64,000 nucleotides of DNA, from positions 291,462,001 through 291,526,000 of the forward strand of contig OZ024743.1 in NCBI GenBank assembly GCA_964016885.1, in the 5' to 3' direction. Each line of letters opens with the position of its first letter. The first letter of the stretch is position 1. The position numbers and the translations under genes are program-made. Shown here in pieces: positions 1 through 13,299 of this stretch. The notes under the pieces are model-generated. The model was given only the letters and a program-made list of their open reading frames with translations. It was not told the origin of the DNA and ran no database searches. Origin of the DNA: Eledone cirrhosa (Eukaryota).

Positions 1-1790
1 AGGTTTCAGCCATACATAAATTACAGACGCCAGTGCTGCCGTTATATAGCTGGACTGAGAACATTATGAACCAGGATAAGGAGTGCTTTATATTCTGTTG
101 TTTAAGCTTCCAGATCAATTCAGAAAGCGCCGTCCTATTTTTTTAACTAATCTATTAAATGTATGGCGGTGATTATAGCATCTATCCTTAAATTCAGTGG
201 CAGTTGCCCCAACAGACCTGAAGGTTCTATCTAAAGTGGAGACCTTACATTCGTTGACTATGTTTTTGGTGAGGCATTTCCCAGCCATGGGGCAAGTGGC
301 GGTGTTCCTGCAATTACATTTTATTTTATCGACCTGGGTAGTACCAGAGGAACCATGGTACATCTGGGGTAGGGTCTAAGTTCATGTCTGCTCTATGGGT
401 AAGTTCCCAGGGGTTGGGGTGACCCGATTCACCTCACGTGTATGAGTCCGTTCATCCATAGTGCTGCCGTTAGTTCTGCCATGTCTCATCCCCCTTTGGG
501 CTGTTCTCAGTCTACTATAATTCATCTTAGCTATATTCAGAGCTATGTTACTGGTTGTGGAGTACGACAGATTGAAGGTATTCCTATTGAATATTTTATA
601 GTATCTGTGTGATCTAGGGAAGCATTTGTCTAAGGCCCCTAAGAAAAGCTTAGCTATACTAGTGGTCAGGCCAGTGGAATAAGGGGAGTTATACCACAGG
701 ATTTTTTCTGGTCCGATGCCTCTTGTTCTTACTATCTATACTAGAGTTACCTGTCTCCTTAGTTGCTACTGGTCTATTATAACTGAAAACTGCCTGTGGG
801 TCGATGGTGTCCAGGGGTGTCCCGATTGGGTTCGGAATAGTCCCAAGTCTCCGGGGCGGTGTACTATTGCAGCTATTGGGATTACTCTCGATGACCGGGG
901 TTATATCTACTATGCGCCCGCTACATTTTTCCCTATTCCCTCTACACGGCCCTCGTCCATTTTACGTTCAACAATTCTTTTATCAGTTCTACAATTAAGG
1001 TTACAATTAGAGTTTCCGTTGGCAGTACGGTGCTCAGACGCCGTGTTCGTACCTGGGTGATTGTTTCCATTGGTACCATCCACATTGGGACTAGGAGGCA
1101 ATACAACATTAAGTCCATATTGATCCTCCCTCGCATCCCGCCTGCTGTTAACTAAAGTGTCATTTTTTGGGCCTAAGCTATCGCAGGCAGTGTTGCTACT
1201 ACTATTTAATGGACGTTTGAATGAAATTCCCTCACTATTCCCCGCTCGTTCTAGGACGCTATTATAGTAATTCAAGATCCTATCAAGGTTATCATCATTC
1301 GAAGATAGTCTTGAAATTCTACTAGAGAGGCTTTTGGTAATACCGTTAGTGGCTATTCTAGGGAGGTTCGATTTAACGTTGCCATAATTTAAATTCTCGT
1401 TGGGTTTGTGGTAGGGTTGGAAGAGTCCTGAGTTGAGGTTAAGTGTAACATCTAGAAAATTAACTATCTTCAGGTTTTCTTCAAACACTATACTTAGGTC
1501 TATGTTGTTGAAGAATTTGATGAGTATTTTCCTCACCCTCTCCACCATACTATTATTATGGAACGACACAGTAAACAAAACGTCGTCACGGTAAGCGCCA
1601 CCTCCCAAGTGGGGCATTTCCACACCGAGACATTCGAGGAGGTAAAGGCCCACCAGATCCGTCACCTGGGCCGAGTCAGTGGATCCCATGGTGATCTCGA
1701 AAATGTCCGGCCAATCTTTCCCAATCTTTCTTATATATACACACAAGTTGTCCCCAAACAATGTATACCGACTTCAACAGCATTCTAATA
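1..1790 (-). mobile_element. Penelope-like retroelement (Hydra-clade-like), disrupted RT + GIY-YIG pseudogene; 5'-truncated, 3' end runs off the window
   Basis: ORF 910..1761 has PLE RT motifs (ITMGSTDSAQVTDLVG, AYRDDVL, VNFLDVTLNL, PYHKPNE). ORF 115..363 has the CNCRxxxxCPxxGxC linker and a degenerate GIY-YIG (NIVNECKV...RSVGAT...FKDRCYNH). Clade label is from recalled linker motif. Confidence 0.9.
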
Positions 1791-1803
1791 AATGTAGCCT
1801 ATA

Positions 1804-1839
1804 CAGGTAATCATATTGTGTATACATTTTTAGGACACC

Positions 1840-1842
<3 letters not shown>
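1804..1842. mobile_element. Possible Tc1/mariner MITE remnant
   Basis: TA-CAGG...GGACACCCTG-TA. The right end matches a CAGGGTGTCC-type TIR with TA target. Very short. Confidence 0.25.
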
Positions 1843-1898
<56 letters not shown>

Positions 1899-1901
<3 letters not shown>

Positions 1902-2095
1902 CGAAGGAAATGGGGTAAGGAACCAGGTGGACCATAACGCACCAAAGTACTCAATACTTAGGGTAGTAGAGTCGGTAATAGGAACCTGGTTCCTTACCAC
2001 ATTTCCTTCGTTATCCAGCTCCTATTCCCGTAGTAGACCACTTTCCGAACCTACCACGCAGTATCCAGACTTTTCCGCTAAGCTAGCTACTCGTT

Positions 2096-2097
<2 letters not shown>
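1899..2097. repeat. Small head-to-head fold-back of a PLE pLTR-like sequence, flanked by (TA)n
   Basis: 1899-1928 is the near-perfect reverse complement of 1984-2013. 1915-1982 is also homologous to ~11375-11442. Confidence 0.7.
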
Positions 2098-2170
<73 letters not shown>

Positions 2171-2302
2171 GTGAGGTTTTTATTACAAAATGAAAAATAA
2201 CCGAGGTGTCCTACACGAGTGAAAGTATAAAGAAAAAGAGATGAAATCGAAAATGCAACTGGAGTCCTATTTTTTTTAAAAAATATATATATTTATTTGG
2301 TT

Positions 2303-2340
2303 CCTTTACCGGTTTCGCAGTTCTTCTGCTTTTCAAAAGG
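2303..2340 (-). ncRNA. Minimal type I hammerhead ribozyme, U3-A8 core variant (family B)
   Basis: Minus strand: CCUU-UUGAAAA-GCAG AAGAA CUGC-GAAA-CCGG-UA-AAGG. Palindromic stem III ACCGGU, GUA cleavage triplet. Confidence 0.8.
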
Positions 2341-2699
2341 TGAGTTGAGATGGAGGGTCTGTGGTTTTTCTCACATCTGGTTGGTCTCTGAATGTTACTT
2401 GTTTTATATGGAAAAAGTGGCTCGAAATGCCAGGTTTTTCGAGAAGTAATTTGATTGGTTTGTCAATAATTATAATAAATTTCGCACCAGTTCGCGTTAC
2501 AATAGTTCTTCAAATTAGGGGGGGGGGGTTGTCACAGGTTGTTTTTTCATATATGAGTGTTTGAATTTCTTTTTACTTGAAAAAAGGAGGCTCACGAAGG
2601 CTTTTTTTTGGTTGGTTATAAATGGAATTATGGCTGTCACGTGAACAAATTTTCATTAAATGTTTGTTCCCTTATTTGGAAATCCATTCTCTACCAATT

Positions 2700-4470
2700 A
2701 CTATGAAAGAGTAAAAAACTACAAGCAATCAAAAATAATGACCAAATTAAACACACTGATTTATCGATACCAGGAAGACCTAACTAAAAAGGAACGCGAT
2801 TATTTAACACATTTTGAATACAAAACCAGCAACCTTTACGGACTTCCGAAGATCCACAAGTGTAAAATAATCAACGATGCCTGTAAACAATCCACCTCAG
2901 CCTGCGTGAACACACAATACCCCACATACCTTAAATTAAGACCAATTGTAGCGGGCCCACAATGTGAAACACACAGATTGAGCAACTTTATAGACATACT
3001 ACTTAAACCAATACTGAAACACATACCAAGCCTTGTAAGAGACGATCTGGACCTCTTAAACCACCTCCTCAAACATGTCAACAACGACACTATTATTGTG
3101 TCTTTCGATGTAGTGAATCTCTACACAACGATCCCACACCAATACGGACTAGAAGCAATAGGATTCTGGCTAGAGAAATATCCCAATGAGATTAGAAAAA
3201 AGCTTCATCACCGAGGGATTAAAATTCATCCTACAGAACAACTTTTTTGATTTCGATGGCATTATTTACAAGCAAATATCGGGGACTGCGATGGGTACAA
3301 AAGCCGCTCGAACTTATGTCAACTTAGTCATGGCATACTTAGAAGTCCAGATATATGAACAGTCCAAATCAAAATACGGATTGAACTTCCACAAATATTT
3401 ATCAGAGAATTGGAAACGCTACTTGGATGATTGCATCATTCTTTGGTCCCACACACTCGACCAACTGAAGGATTTCAAAAACTTAATAAACGGCATCAAT
3501 AACCACATCCAATTCACAATGGAATACAGCCAAGATCAACTCCCATTTCTGGACATCTTAATCTTAAAAAAAGACACAAATATCGAAACTGACATACACT
3601 ACAAACGAACAGATTCCATACAATATCTGCTATTCACCTCCAACCATCCAAAGCACACGAAGACGAACATTCCTTTTAACCTAGCAAGAAGAATTTGTAC
3701 AATTTTCTCCAATTATGAAACGTGAAATAAAAGACTTCAAGAATTAAAGGAAATTCTACTCGAGAGAGAGTACCCACTATTACTAATAAATAATGGAATA
3801 GAAAGGGCTAAAGCAATAGGCATTGATGAATTACGGAAACAGAAACAAATTCAAGGTACGTCCAATATTCTATCATATATCTCAACACACAACCCAAGAA
3901 ATGCGGAAGCTTACAACACTATTCACAATAACATCCCACTACTAAAACAAAACCCAAGAATGAAAAAAGCCCTTGAAACACACAATATAATCAAAAGCAA
4001 AAGACAACCAAAATCACTGAAAACATTACTCACCAATGCCAAATTACCTACCACAAACCCACAACCAAGTATCAACAAATGTGGTCGCTCTAATTGTGGA
4101 ACCTGCACTCACCTCATTGAAGGCAACACGTTTACATTTATATCAGGACAAAATTTTACTGTAAAAAATCACTTCACTTGCTCATGAAAAAAATCTAATT
4201 TATGCCATTAAATGTAAAGGATGCAATGAAGATTATATAGGACAAACTAAACTCACACTCAGAAACAGAATGACAGTTCATCGCCAACAATTACGAGATC
4301 CAACCACGAGACAGATACCACTAAGTGCATATCTAGACATTTGCGCAAGTAATAAGACACTCAAATTCCAAGTCTTCCCATTTTACCTTTGCGCTAACAA
4401 TACAACAGAACAAATGCGAATAAATAAGGAAATATGTTTATTCAAAAATGCAGACCAACATTAAATAAGG
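2700..4470 (+). pseudogene. PLE reverse transcriptase + Zn-finger linker + C-terminal GIY-YIG endonuclease (frameshifts/stops)
   Basis: Motifs YGLPKIHK, LRPIVAG, SFDVVNLYTTIPH, GTAMGT, WKRYLDD and LPFLDI. Linker CGRSNCGTC. EN reads IYAIKCKGCNEDYIGQT (from 4198) then RMTVHRQQ. Split over ORFs 2660..3250, 3186..3725, 3960..4187 and 4270..4464. Confidence 0.92.
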
Positions 4471-4939
4471 TTTAATATACATTATGTCAACACCATAATA
4501 TGACACACACACACACACATAACACCTTCTACTTTAGAAAATAAAAACGCGAACTAAATAATCCTTAACATACGTTTGCACTGACAGTACGAATAAGTAA
4601 GGAAAATATGTTCATTCAAAAATATTCCTACTAAAGGAATCACTTTTCTACACACACACATACACACACACACAATATATATATATATATCTATTCTCTT
4701 CATCTTAACATGCTAACCATACTCCCACACACATAACACCCATACACACACATAACAACCCCCACACCCACAACTCCCTCCCCATTTCTACTAATAGAAC
4801 CACTTTCCTACACACATATATATACACACACACAGAATATATATTCTCTCCATCTTAACATACTCGCACACACACACATAACACCCGTATACACACACAC
4901 AACTCCCTCCCCCATTTCTACTAATAGAATCATCTTCCA

Positions 4940-5017
<78 letters not shown>

Positions 5018-5497
5018 ACACACAAGCACACAAATAAACATACATATCTTCACTTCAATAGAAAATCTGAACTCTGACACCCCAGCGAACTAACAATATT
5101 CACTGAACCAGAACAATCCCTTTTCTCTTGACCACTATCTGTCCATTGTCATAACATTCGCTATAAAGAATAGTTTTCCAAATAAGGGCACAAAAATGTA
5201 ATGAAAACTCGTTCACGTGACAGCCAAATTTCATTTATAACCAATCAAATCACGTTTATTAAAAAAAAACCCTTCGTGAGCCACCTTTTTCTAAAGTAAA
5301 GAAATTCAAACACACACGCACACACACACACACGCACACACACTCAAGCACACAAATAAACACACATATCTTTACTTTCTTTATTCAATAGAATATCTGA
5401 AATCTGACACCCTAGCGAACTAACCATATTCACTGAACCAGAACAATTCTCCATTCTCCCATCCCTTTCTCTTGACCATTATCTTTTATATATATAA

Positions 5498-5682
5498 GGG
5501 CGGCGGATTGGCAGTATCGGTAGAGGGTCGGACGTTATGCTTTCCAGCATAGTTACGTCCCTTTACGATCTGAGTTCAAATCCCGCCGAGGTTGACTTTG
5601 CCTTTCATCCTTACGGGGTCGATGAAATAAAGTACCAGTAACGCACTGGGTAATTGCTGGCCTTGTGCCTAAAGTAGAAACA
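5498..5682 (+). mobile_element. tRNA-derived SINE (Octopus-type, ~185 bp)
   Basis: A-box-like TGGCAGTATCGG and B-box GAGTTCAAATCC. TSD ATTATCTTTTATATATATA at 5478-5496 and 5683-5701. Multiple copies in the window. Confidence 0.9.
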
Positions 5683-7166
5683 ATTATCTTTTATATATAT
5701 ATAACAACTCGAAATTGATTAACATATAAATAAACATATGAAACAATCACAGGGAATAATTTTTACAAGCGTGTAAGCACACATAGCTAGGTAGGTAGCT
5801 AAATAATGTTAACTAGAACTTCAAAAATAGATACCTTATAATATGATTAATGTTCCCTGTATATATTCCATTAAATACATATATTTCACCAATTAATCGA
5901 ATGGTAAACCACGGAGGCCTATACTTGGAGTTTCAATAAGGAAGACGTCCACGATCTGTGTTCACGCATTAAGTTCAAATCAGCGACTGACCAGTAACAC
6001 GTGCTTTATCTACTAAAATACACACATCATATCAGCTTCGTCCCATTTATTTATTTGATTCATCTTAATTTTGGATATATATATATATATATATTTAAAT
6101 GATTATATACATGTTCCAATGCATGCATATATATGATGGGCGAATGGTCGTGTGAATATTGTGGTTGGCGATTGTAGGGGATAGTGATATAGTTTGAAAA
6201 TATTTACAATGAAGATTATGTAAATATAAAATAACTTAATATGAAGCTGTGATATCTTAGTGTGGTTGAATGTTCGATAAAGGTGATGATAAAGGTGTGA
6301 TGGATGAATGAGTGAATTCTCCCAGGGTGGTATTGGTATTAAGTAAATATATCAAATATATAGGATATATGAATTTAACTTATGTAGATATATAGGAATT
6401 AAATACAATGAATATTTTGGACATATAAACATTATGGATTATGTATGATAATGATAGTGGTGGTGCCGAGGTTTGTATGGGTTTTTAACACAAAGTATGA
6501 TAAATGAAGAAATAAAGAAAGTAAGGAAAACATTTAAAAGCTGAAAAAATTGAAATTGGAAAAAAAAATAAAGAAAACTGAAAAAAGTAAAGAAATGAAA
6601 GCTTGAAACATTGGGAAGACGAGAAAAAATTATAAAATGGGAGAACAAAATATAAGTTTTTAAAAAAAATGAAAGAATTAAAGAATTAAAATTAAATATT
6701 TGGAATTTAAAATTATGAAATTTTTAAATTAAAAATTAAAAATTCATCGAAAAATTAATAATATGAAGTAAAATAAAATATAAGGATTAGGAGCATGTAA
6801 TGATAAAAGGATGGTTGAGTTCATGGAACTATGGAATATAATGTATGGCGAATGACATATACCACATAAGAGTGGTGAAATGTGTGAGTGATCAGATTGT
6901 TCTTGATGCTGGGTTATCCATAGTTAGTAAGGTTCAGGAAGTGGTAGTGGTTGCCGAGATATAGAGTCTAGACGGGTTGGGGAGGTGTGTATTTGGGGAA
7001 TATCTTCCAACATTTATAGAATCCGGTACACATCGGTATCCGGTGGGTGATTTATTTGATGTGACAGAAACAACATTTCTTGTGTGCAAACAGGAGAATA
7101 GTGTTTCCTACCAGAGTTCAAATACTACTTGATGAGGCAATGAAATGTAGTTATACATATATACAT

Positions 7167-7201
<35 letters not shown>

Positions 7202-7299
7202 TATATATTTGTGTATATATATATACATATAAATATGTGTATGTATGTATATTAGTCTGTATATGGATGTATATATATATATATATCTATCTATCTATC

Positions 7300-7656
7300 T
7301 AAGGCGGGTAAAATTCCCGAGATCCATGGACGAGTTCTCTCCAGCGGTCTCTGTCCCTCATTATCGCTGCCATATCCTGCATCTCCAACAGACCAGTGTC
7401 TGTCCTTAGGGCATCAACATATGTTAACATTGGTCTTCCTCTTCTAGTGTGTCCATGTAGGGGCTCCCAAACTCAAAGAAACTCACTCAGATGGTGGATG
7501 GGTGCTACACGAGAATGCTGGGGATGGCTCTGAACATTAATCAGTATACACTGAGGATGAAAAACTCAGAGCTGTATGGGAGCATCCCAAAAGTCAGCTC
7601 AAAAGTGACACAGAGGAGACTGAGGTTGGCTGGACATGCTCACCAACATCCAGAGT
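7300..7656 (-). mobile_element. Short RTE LINE copy with 5' inversion
   Basis: 7300-7470 is the RTE 3' end on minus with a (GATA)n tail. 7471-7656 is the adjacent upstream RTE segment on plus (MVDGCYTRML...RLRLAGH). Flanked by (TA)n. Confidence 0.85.
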
Positions 7657-8196
7657 ATATATATATATATATATACAATAGTACAGCATATTCGAAGTTT
7701 GATCAGCAGCCAAGCCAACGAATGCTCTCAACAGTGCAGCCAAGCATTCGACAAGAAATATACCTCAGAGTAATAACATACAGTTTAAAGGGCTTTGCAA
7801 ATTGAGAATAGCGGCCGCTAATTCAGCCGCGTGATCTGTAGCAACGAAAGAACTGACTAGTGAGAAAAGGAAATACACACACACATACATATACATATAA
7901 AAATATACATACATACATACATATATGCACATATCTGTATATATAACATACCTGGACGGGAACTTGGAAATTACTGAATATCCAAGTGAGGTTTCTGTAA
8001 ATCCGAAATCAACAAAATCCGCTTGTGGTGTATACAAGTTAGGTTTCTGGAAGATGGAACAGTGGAATTTACTTTCTCAACAGGCTTTCGTTCTAACCCA
8101 AAACTCGGTGCACATGTTACTCCCAATGTAGGTAACCCCGGTTTCTGGCGATCAATTCAAAAATGTAGGGACTTATATATATGTATATATATATAT

Positions 8197-10447
8197 CTAA
8201 GGTGGGTAAAATTCCAGGAGATCCATGGACGAGTTCTCTACAGCTGTCTCTGTCCCTCATTATCGCTGCCATGTCCTGCGTCTCCAACAGACCAGTGTCT
8301 GTCCTTAGGGCATCAACATACGTTAACCTTGGTCTTCCTCTTCTAGTGTGTCCATGTAGGGGCTCCCACAGGACCATTGAGTGCAATGTCAACTCTGGAT
8401 GTCGGTGAGCATGTCCAGCTAACCTCAGTCTCCTCTGTGTCACTTTTGAGCTGACTTTTGGGATGCTCCCATACAGTTCTGAGTTTTTCATCCTCAGTGT
8501 ATACAGATTAATGTTCAGAGCCATCCTCAGCATTCTCGTGTAGCACACATCCACCATCTGAGTGATTTTCTTAGTCAGTGTCCAAGTCTCAGACCTGTAC
8601 AGCAGCACAGACTCCCCTACAGCAATGAAGAGGCGGATTTTCAGGTCTTTACGAAGGTCCGACTTCCACACCGATCTCAAGCTGTGGCACGCTGCCCAGG
8701 CTTTGTTCTTCCTCTCAACCACATCATCTTCCGTATTCACAATCTTTGCTCCCAAATACAGGAAGATCTCAACCAATTCTAGCGGTTTCCCGCCTACATT
8801 AGTGATCCCCTCAGGCTTCTCCACATTCTCTACTAGATATTTTGTTTTAGTCTCATTCATTCTCAGCCCCACACTCATCGACACAGTCTCAACCTCCCGC
8901 AACAAATCCTCTGCCTCCTTCACTGTATTTGTCACCAAAACTATGTCGTCAGCAAATTCAGCATCCTATACCTTTTTCGTCTTAACACTCCTGCTCTGAG
9001 CCGATGATACAGTAAAGCCAGATGCCTGGTGTTTCTCCAGTGCAAGGCGCTTACAATAGTCCACTACGATGATAATAAGGTAGGGAGCCAATGTATCACC
9101 CTGGAGCACTCCAGCCAGCATCTTAAAGAACTCTGTCATCCCATCAGGTGTAATGACATGGGCCTTGGTGTTGGTGTAGAGCAGTGATATTAGGTCCACT
9201 ATCTTCTTGGGGATTCCATAAGCCTGTAAGATCTTCATCAGGCAGTGAGGGTTAACAGAAACAAAGGCCTTCCTAAAGTCAATCAAAACCATGACCGCAG
9301 GAAGGCACTTTGCTCTAGCTCCTTCTAATATCCTCCTCAGCATCAGAATGTGACTGTTGGTTGATCTTCCCTCTCTGAAGCCGTTCTGGTTGTCCCAGAT
9401 CTTCTTCTCCATCTCAGGCTGGATCCTGATAAGAATATTCCTGTTGAGGGTTTTTGCCACAAGTGGCGTTATTGAGATCCCCCTGTAGTTGTTGGTGTTA
9501 GAGAGATCTCCCTTCTTTGGCACTGGGACGATGTTACTGATCCTTCACTGATTCGGGGCAACTCCTTTCTCCAGTGCCCGGTTACAGAACACCAGGATGA
9601 TATCATCAAAATCTCACATCTTCATCACCTCTGATGCCACTCCCTCTTCTCCATGAGCCTTGCCCTCCTTGATGCTCTTCTTGGCTCTCTGAAGCTCCTC
9701 TCTGGTGAAGGGCTCTGCCTTAATATCGAGCTCCTCCAACAGCCGCCTCATCTCCACAGTGCTCTGGGCTGTGGAGGGTGGCTCTCCTAGTAGGGTCCTA
9801 AAATGGTCTAGCCATTTCCTCTTCCTATCCTCGGGCCCCGTTCTCTGGATCTTACTCGAACACCACCTCTTCCTCCCTGTGATCTCGTTGATGACCATCC
9901 AGCTCTCCTTACATCCGGATCTGTCAACCGCTCTCTCCACACTTCTGATCTTCGCTATCAGTGCCTCCTCTCTGGCCTCAGTGTAAGCGGTACAGAGTTA
10001 TTTGCTCATCACCTCCACAATCTCCATCCTCTCCTCCGTAGGATCAGCATAGAATTGGTCCTTGGCAGCTTTCAGGTGTTCTCTAGCTGCACACACTTTT
10101 GGGTTTGCAGAACTGACGTGCTTCCTTTTGTTCTTTTTCTTCGGCACCAGGGTTTAACTTGCTTCAGCCATTGCATTGGTGAAGTGCCCGTACCTCCTCG
10201 TCACACTCTCCTCAGTCCATCCAATCTCTCTCTCCTCTGACTCTCCACACAGAGCACTGAACCTGTTTCTCTCGTCCACTATGAACCTCTCCTGTAGCTT
10301 ATCATCTTCCTTGAAAGCTCCCCAGTAATAGATTGTTCTCCGGGGCCGAGCCTTGCTCTTTCTTAAGCTCACTCGGACCTCACTCATAACAAGCCGGTGG
10401 TCACTACCCAGTGTACTGAAATAGTTGTATGGTTCTGTGTTCAGAAG
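8197..10447 (-). mobile_element. RTE-clade LINE, 5'-truncated, frameshifted (end of APE + RT), inserted in (TA)n
   Basis: APE end STLGSDHRLV. RT motifs NYRGISI, GFREGRS, DFRKAF, GVLQGDTLAPYL and EFADD (~8945-8960). C-terminal YLG, SETWTLTK, RLRLAGH and RGRPRLTYVD. Confidence 0.93.
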
Positions 10448-10452
10448 CAATA

Positions 10453-10537
<85 letters not shown>

Positions 10538-10539
10538 AT

Positions 10540-11350
10540 ACAACAACTACAACAGTACGCTATGGGGCCCACCAACAGCCCCGGCGGACAGAATGCAGAA
10601 GGTGTTTCCCCGGAGGCGGCAAGGGAGACGCGCTGGAAAAGCCACTCCAACATGCGGGGCTTACACCTGCGGCTGGCCAGCTCAACGCCTATGGTTGTGA
10701 GTAAGGAGGTAGCTCTCGGTCCGAGGACACCAGAAGTCTCCACTGCAAGGGGTACGACCGCAAACCTGTCGGAGAGCGACCGGTATTTGAGGAGTTTGGC
10801 CACATCAGCCAGACGTGCAGCAGAACCTGGGTCAGTCGCAGACTGCACCAGGTCGCAGCTGCAGAAAGTGTCGGTGCAAGTGGCATCCCAGACGAGGGGT
10901 TTGCCACCGCGGAACGGGAAGATGGTCATGCCATCTGACCTTTTGCCGTCCGCTCAATCCAGCCCCACCGGCTCGAGATGGGGAGGGAAGCCTGCAGCTT
11001 CCAAGCCATGTTTAATTACCTCGTTGGGGGCAGCAAGGTGTGGTATGCGGCCGGCGCTATGGCGACAGGAAAGCGAAAGGAGGCCGAAAGTGTCCACGGT
11101 AGAAAAACAGCGACATTGGTGCTGTTGGCAGATCCGGAGGCCGAGCCTCAGGGAAACGCCGATTCGCAGGCTATGGTTGACTAGCTGCGTGAAAGTGGAA
11201 AAGGATGGCAGGACATGGAGCCAGGCACCACTGTGGGGTTTGGAGGCTGCAGGTAAACAAGCAAGGCGGTGCTGGTCGAGCTGGCGCGAGAGCCTGTCTG
11301 AGGCCAGGCTGCACTGGATGTCATCCCAAGTGCGTTGGGGGACTTGACGT
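10540..11350 (-). mobile_element. CRE-clade-like non-LTR retrotransposon 3' fragment (Zn knuckle + restriction-like endonuclease)
   Basis: Minus strand reads SLRLGLRICQQHQCRC...LSLSCRHSAGR...NEVIK...DGMTIFPFRGGKPLVWDATCTDT...VVPLAVETSGVLG, a PD-(D/E)xK-type RLE. The 3' end abuts (TA)n. Confidence 0.8.
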
Positions 11351-11369
11351 CAATAGGGGGAGAAGAGGA

Positions 11370-11503
11370 GTGGTAGTAAGGAACCAGATGGACCAAAACG
11401 CACCAAAGTACTCTATACTTACGGTAGTAGATTGGGTAATAGTAGAAATAACGACCCCGACTGCAGAGCTCAAGCCGTTTTGACAGCTATTTCTGGACTT
11501 TAG
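11370..11503 (-). repeat. PLE pLTR-like fragment with degenerate 3' half of an HHR (family H)
   Basis: Homologous to 1915-1982 and to 27307-27355 (GAAA-CGGC...GCCG-UC there; AAAA-CGGC...GCAG-UC here). Confidence 0.5.
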
Positions 11504-11508
11504 TTACC

Positions 11509-11574
<66 letters not shown>

Positions 11575-11578
<4 letters not shown>

Positions 11579-12000
11579 TTTTGAGCTGACATTTGGGATG
11601 CTCCCATATAGCTCTGAGTTTTTCATCCTCAGTGTATACTGATTAATGTTCAGAGCCATCCTCAGCATTCTCGTGTAGCACCCATCCACCATCTGAGTGA
11701 GTTTCTTGGTCAGTGTCCAAGTCTCAGACCCATACAGCAGCACAGGCTCCACTACAGCAATGAAGAGGAGACTGAGGTTAGCTGGACATGCTCACCGACA
11801 TCCAGAGTTGACATTGCACTCAGTGCCCCTTTGGGAGCCCCTACATGGACACACTAGAAGATGAAGACCAAGGTTAACGTATGTTGATGCCCTAAGGACA
11901 GACACTGGTCTGTTGGAGACGCAGGATATGGCAGCGATAATGAGGGACAGAGACCGCTGGAGAGAACTCGTCCATGGATCTCGGGAATTTTACCCGCCTT

Positions 12001-12003
<3 letters not shown>
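11575..12003 (+). mobile_element. Short RTE LINE copy with 5' inversion
   Basis: 11575-11768 is an upstream RTE segment on minus and 11764-12003 is the RTE 3' end on plus. The junction shares AGAGG microhomology. (TA)n on both sides. Confidence 0.88.
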
Positions 12004-12046
<43 letters not shown>

Positions 12047-12342
12047 CTTTTAAAGAGTTTCCCTTTTCTTTAAATCCATCAACCATGATTGACCCCCAAT
12101 GATCTTATACACACCTGAAATCTAGGCATTGTTAGTTTAAGAGAAACTTAAAAATAAGGAATGGCACCCCATTCTGAACTTGTTTATATAATTATTTCTG
12201 CCTTTGTTACTCTAAATATAAACTATAGCTTTGAAGAATTAGCTTTTAATGAATTCCCTTTTCTATCAACCAATGACCTACACCCATCCCTCTCCTACCA
12301 CACGAAGAGACCTATACATACCATATTTATTTGTTGACACCC

Positions 12343-12393
12343 AGATGCCTGATGATTTCTAAAGAATGAAACAGTTCTAGTCCTGTAGAATCT
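12343..12393 (+). ncRNA. Type I hammerhead ribozyme (family F) in a pLTR-like repeat (~12340-12475)
   Basis: AGAUGC-CUGAUGA-UUUCUAAAGAAU-GAAA-CAG UUCUAGUC CUG-UA-GAAUCU, with one stem I mismatch. Homologous to 55461-55650. Confidence 0.65.
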
Positions 12394-12474
12394 CATCTAT
12401 ATTAAAAATGTTATACTCTTTAATGTATTGAGTACTTTACTTACTGTGGTTACCTCCGATTCAACCCGGATAAC

Positions 12475-12516
<42 letters not shown>

Positions 12517-13299
12517 AGTCGGAGGGGTGTGAGACATCATGGGAAAACAAAAAGGAGGGAGAGCAAAGATGTAAATTGTAACTTACTAAAAAAATTGTGA
12601 AAAGGGAAAACATGTGATCACAGTGTGAGTAGAAATAATTATGCTTTTAGAGGTGCTAGATTAGATGGTGGTATGATACCATTCGGTCAGGAATGAGGAA
12701 GGCATGGAGTTAGGTAGTGGTTGAAATGCGTGTAGGTATAGTAATGAGTATGCGCATAGTTAGTGAATAAGCATGTGTGCAGATAAATATATATGCTTGT
12801 TCCGCGTAGTCTATGTGGATGTTTAGATGTGATGGATTGGTATATGCTATATATAAGGTGTAAAGGTGTAGAAGTACAGGTAAAGGAGGTTCAGGAATCG
12901 GGTTGGGGTGGAAATATGGGCAATCGTTTAAAAGGTTTTGGGAACAATATAATTTCACGAATGATTATTAGGATTAGAATTGAAACGGACAAAGATTGCA
13001 CGCGAAGACGAGGTCACTCGTGGAATATCGAGGAGATATCAAGTTCCATAAGAAGTAAACGGATGCTACGTATTAGGGATCACTTGCTATGTTAGTTACT
13101 AGAATGGAAGATGAGAAGGAATTGCAAATGGCCTAAAATAGGATCAATTTACTGCGTGAGGGGGGAAATTCAATCAAGAATATGAGCTGAAAGATGGGTG
13201 CTCTGAATAATGTTTATGGATATACAGGCAGCAAGAGATACAGCTTAATAAGGTTGAACTGGGTCTACTAATCATGATTTTTATTCCACTGGAAGAGGG

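Larger units (their letters stand above)
2165..5480 (+). mobile_element. Penelope-like retroelement (Neptune/Nematis-like) with inverted 5' pseudo-LTR (2165-2655, minus) and partially tandem 3' region
   Basis: The reverse complement of 2560-2655 matches 5200-5310 and 26790-26910, and the reverse complement of 2230-2560 matches 26890-27222. The coding region lies between. The 3' region repeats internally (~5033 vs ~5354). Confidence 0.9.

Noticed and set aside
3720-4190. In-frame TGA codons in the PLE ORF as possible selenocysteine (as in Naiad PLEs)
   Set aside because: They fall at positions best explained as CGA/TCA to TGA mutations, not at Cys sites. The ORF is also frameshifted, has a C-terminal EN (not Naiad), and I saw no SECIS.
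7124-7150. ACUAC-UUGAUGA-GGCAAU-GAAA-U-GUAGU hammerhead-like string
   Set aside because: No stem III or NUH site, unpaired U3/G8 change and no stem II. At most a dead relic.
10397-11347. 316-aa plus-strand ORF
   Set aside because: It starts in an RTE end plus (TA)n and is antisense to the CRE-like RLE fragment. No recognisable domain; GC-rich shadow ORF.
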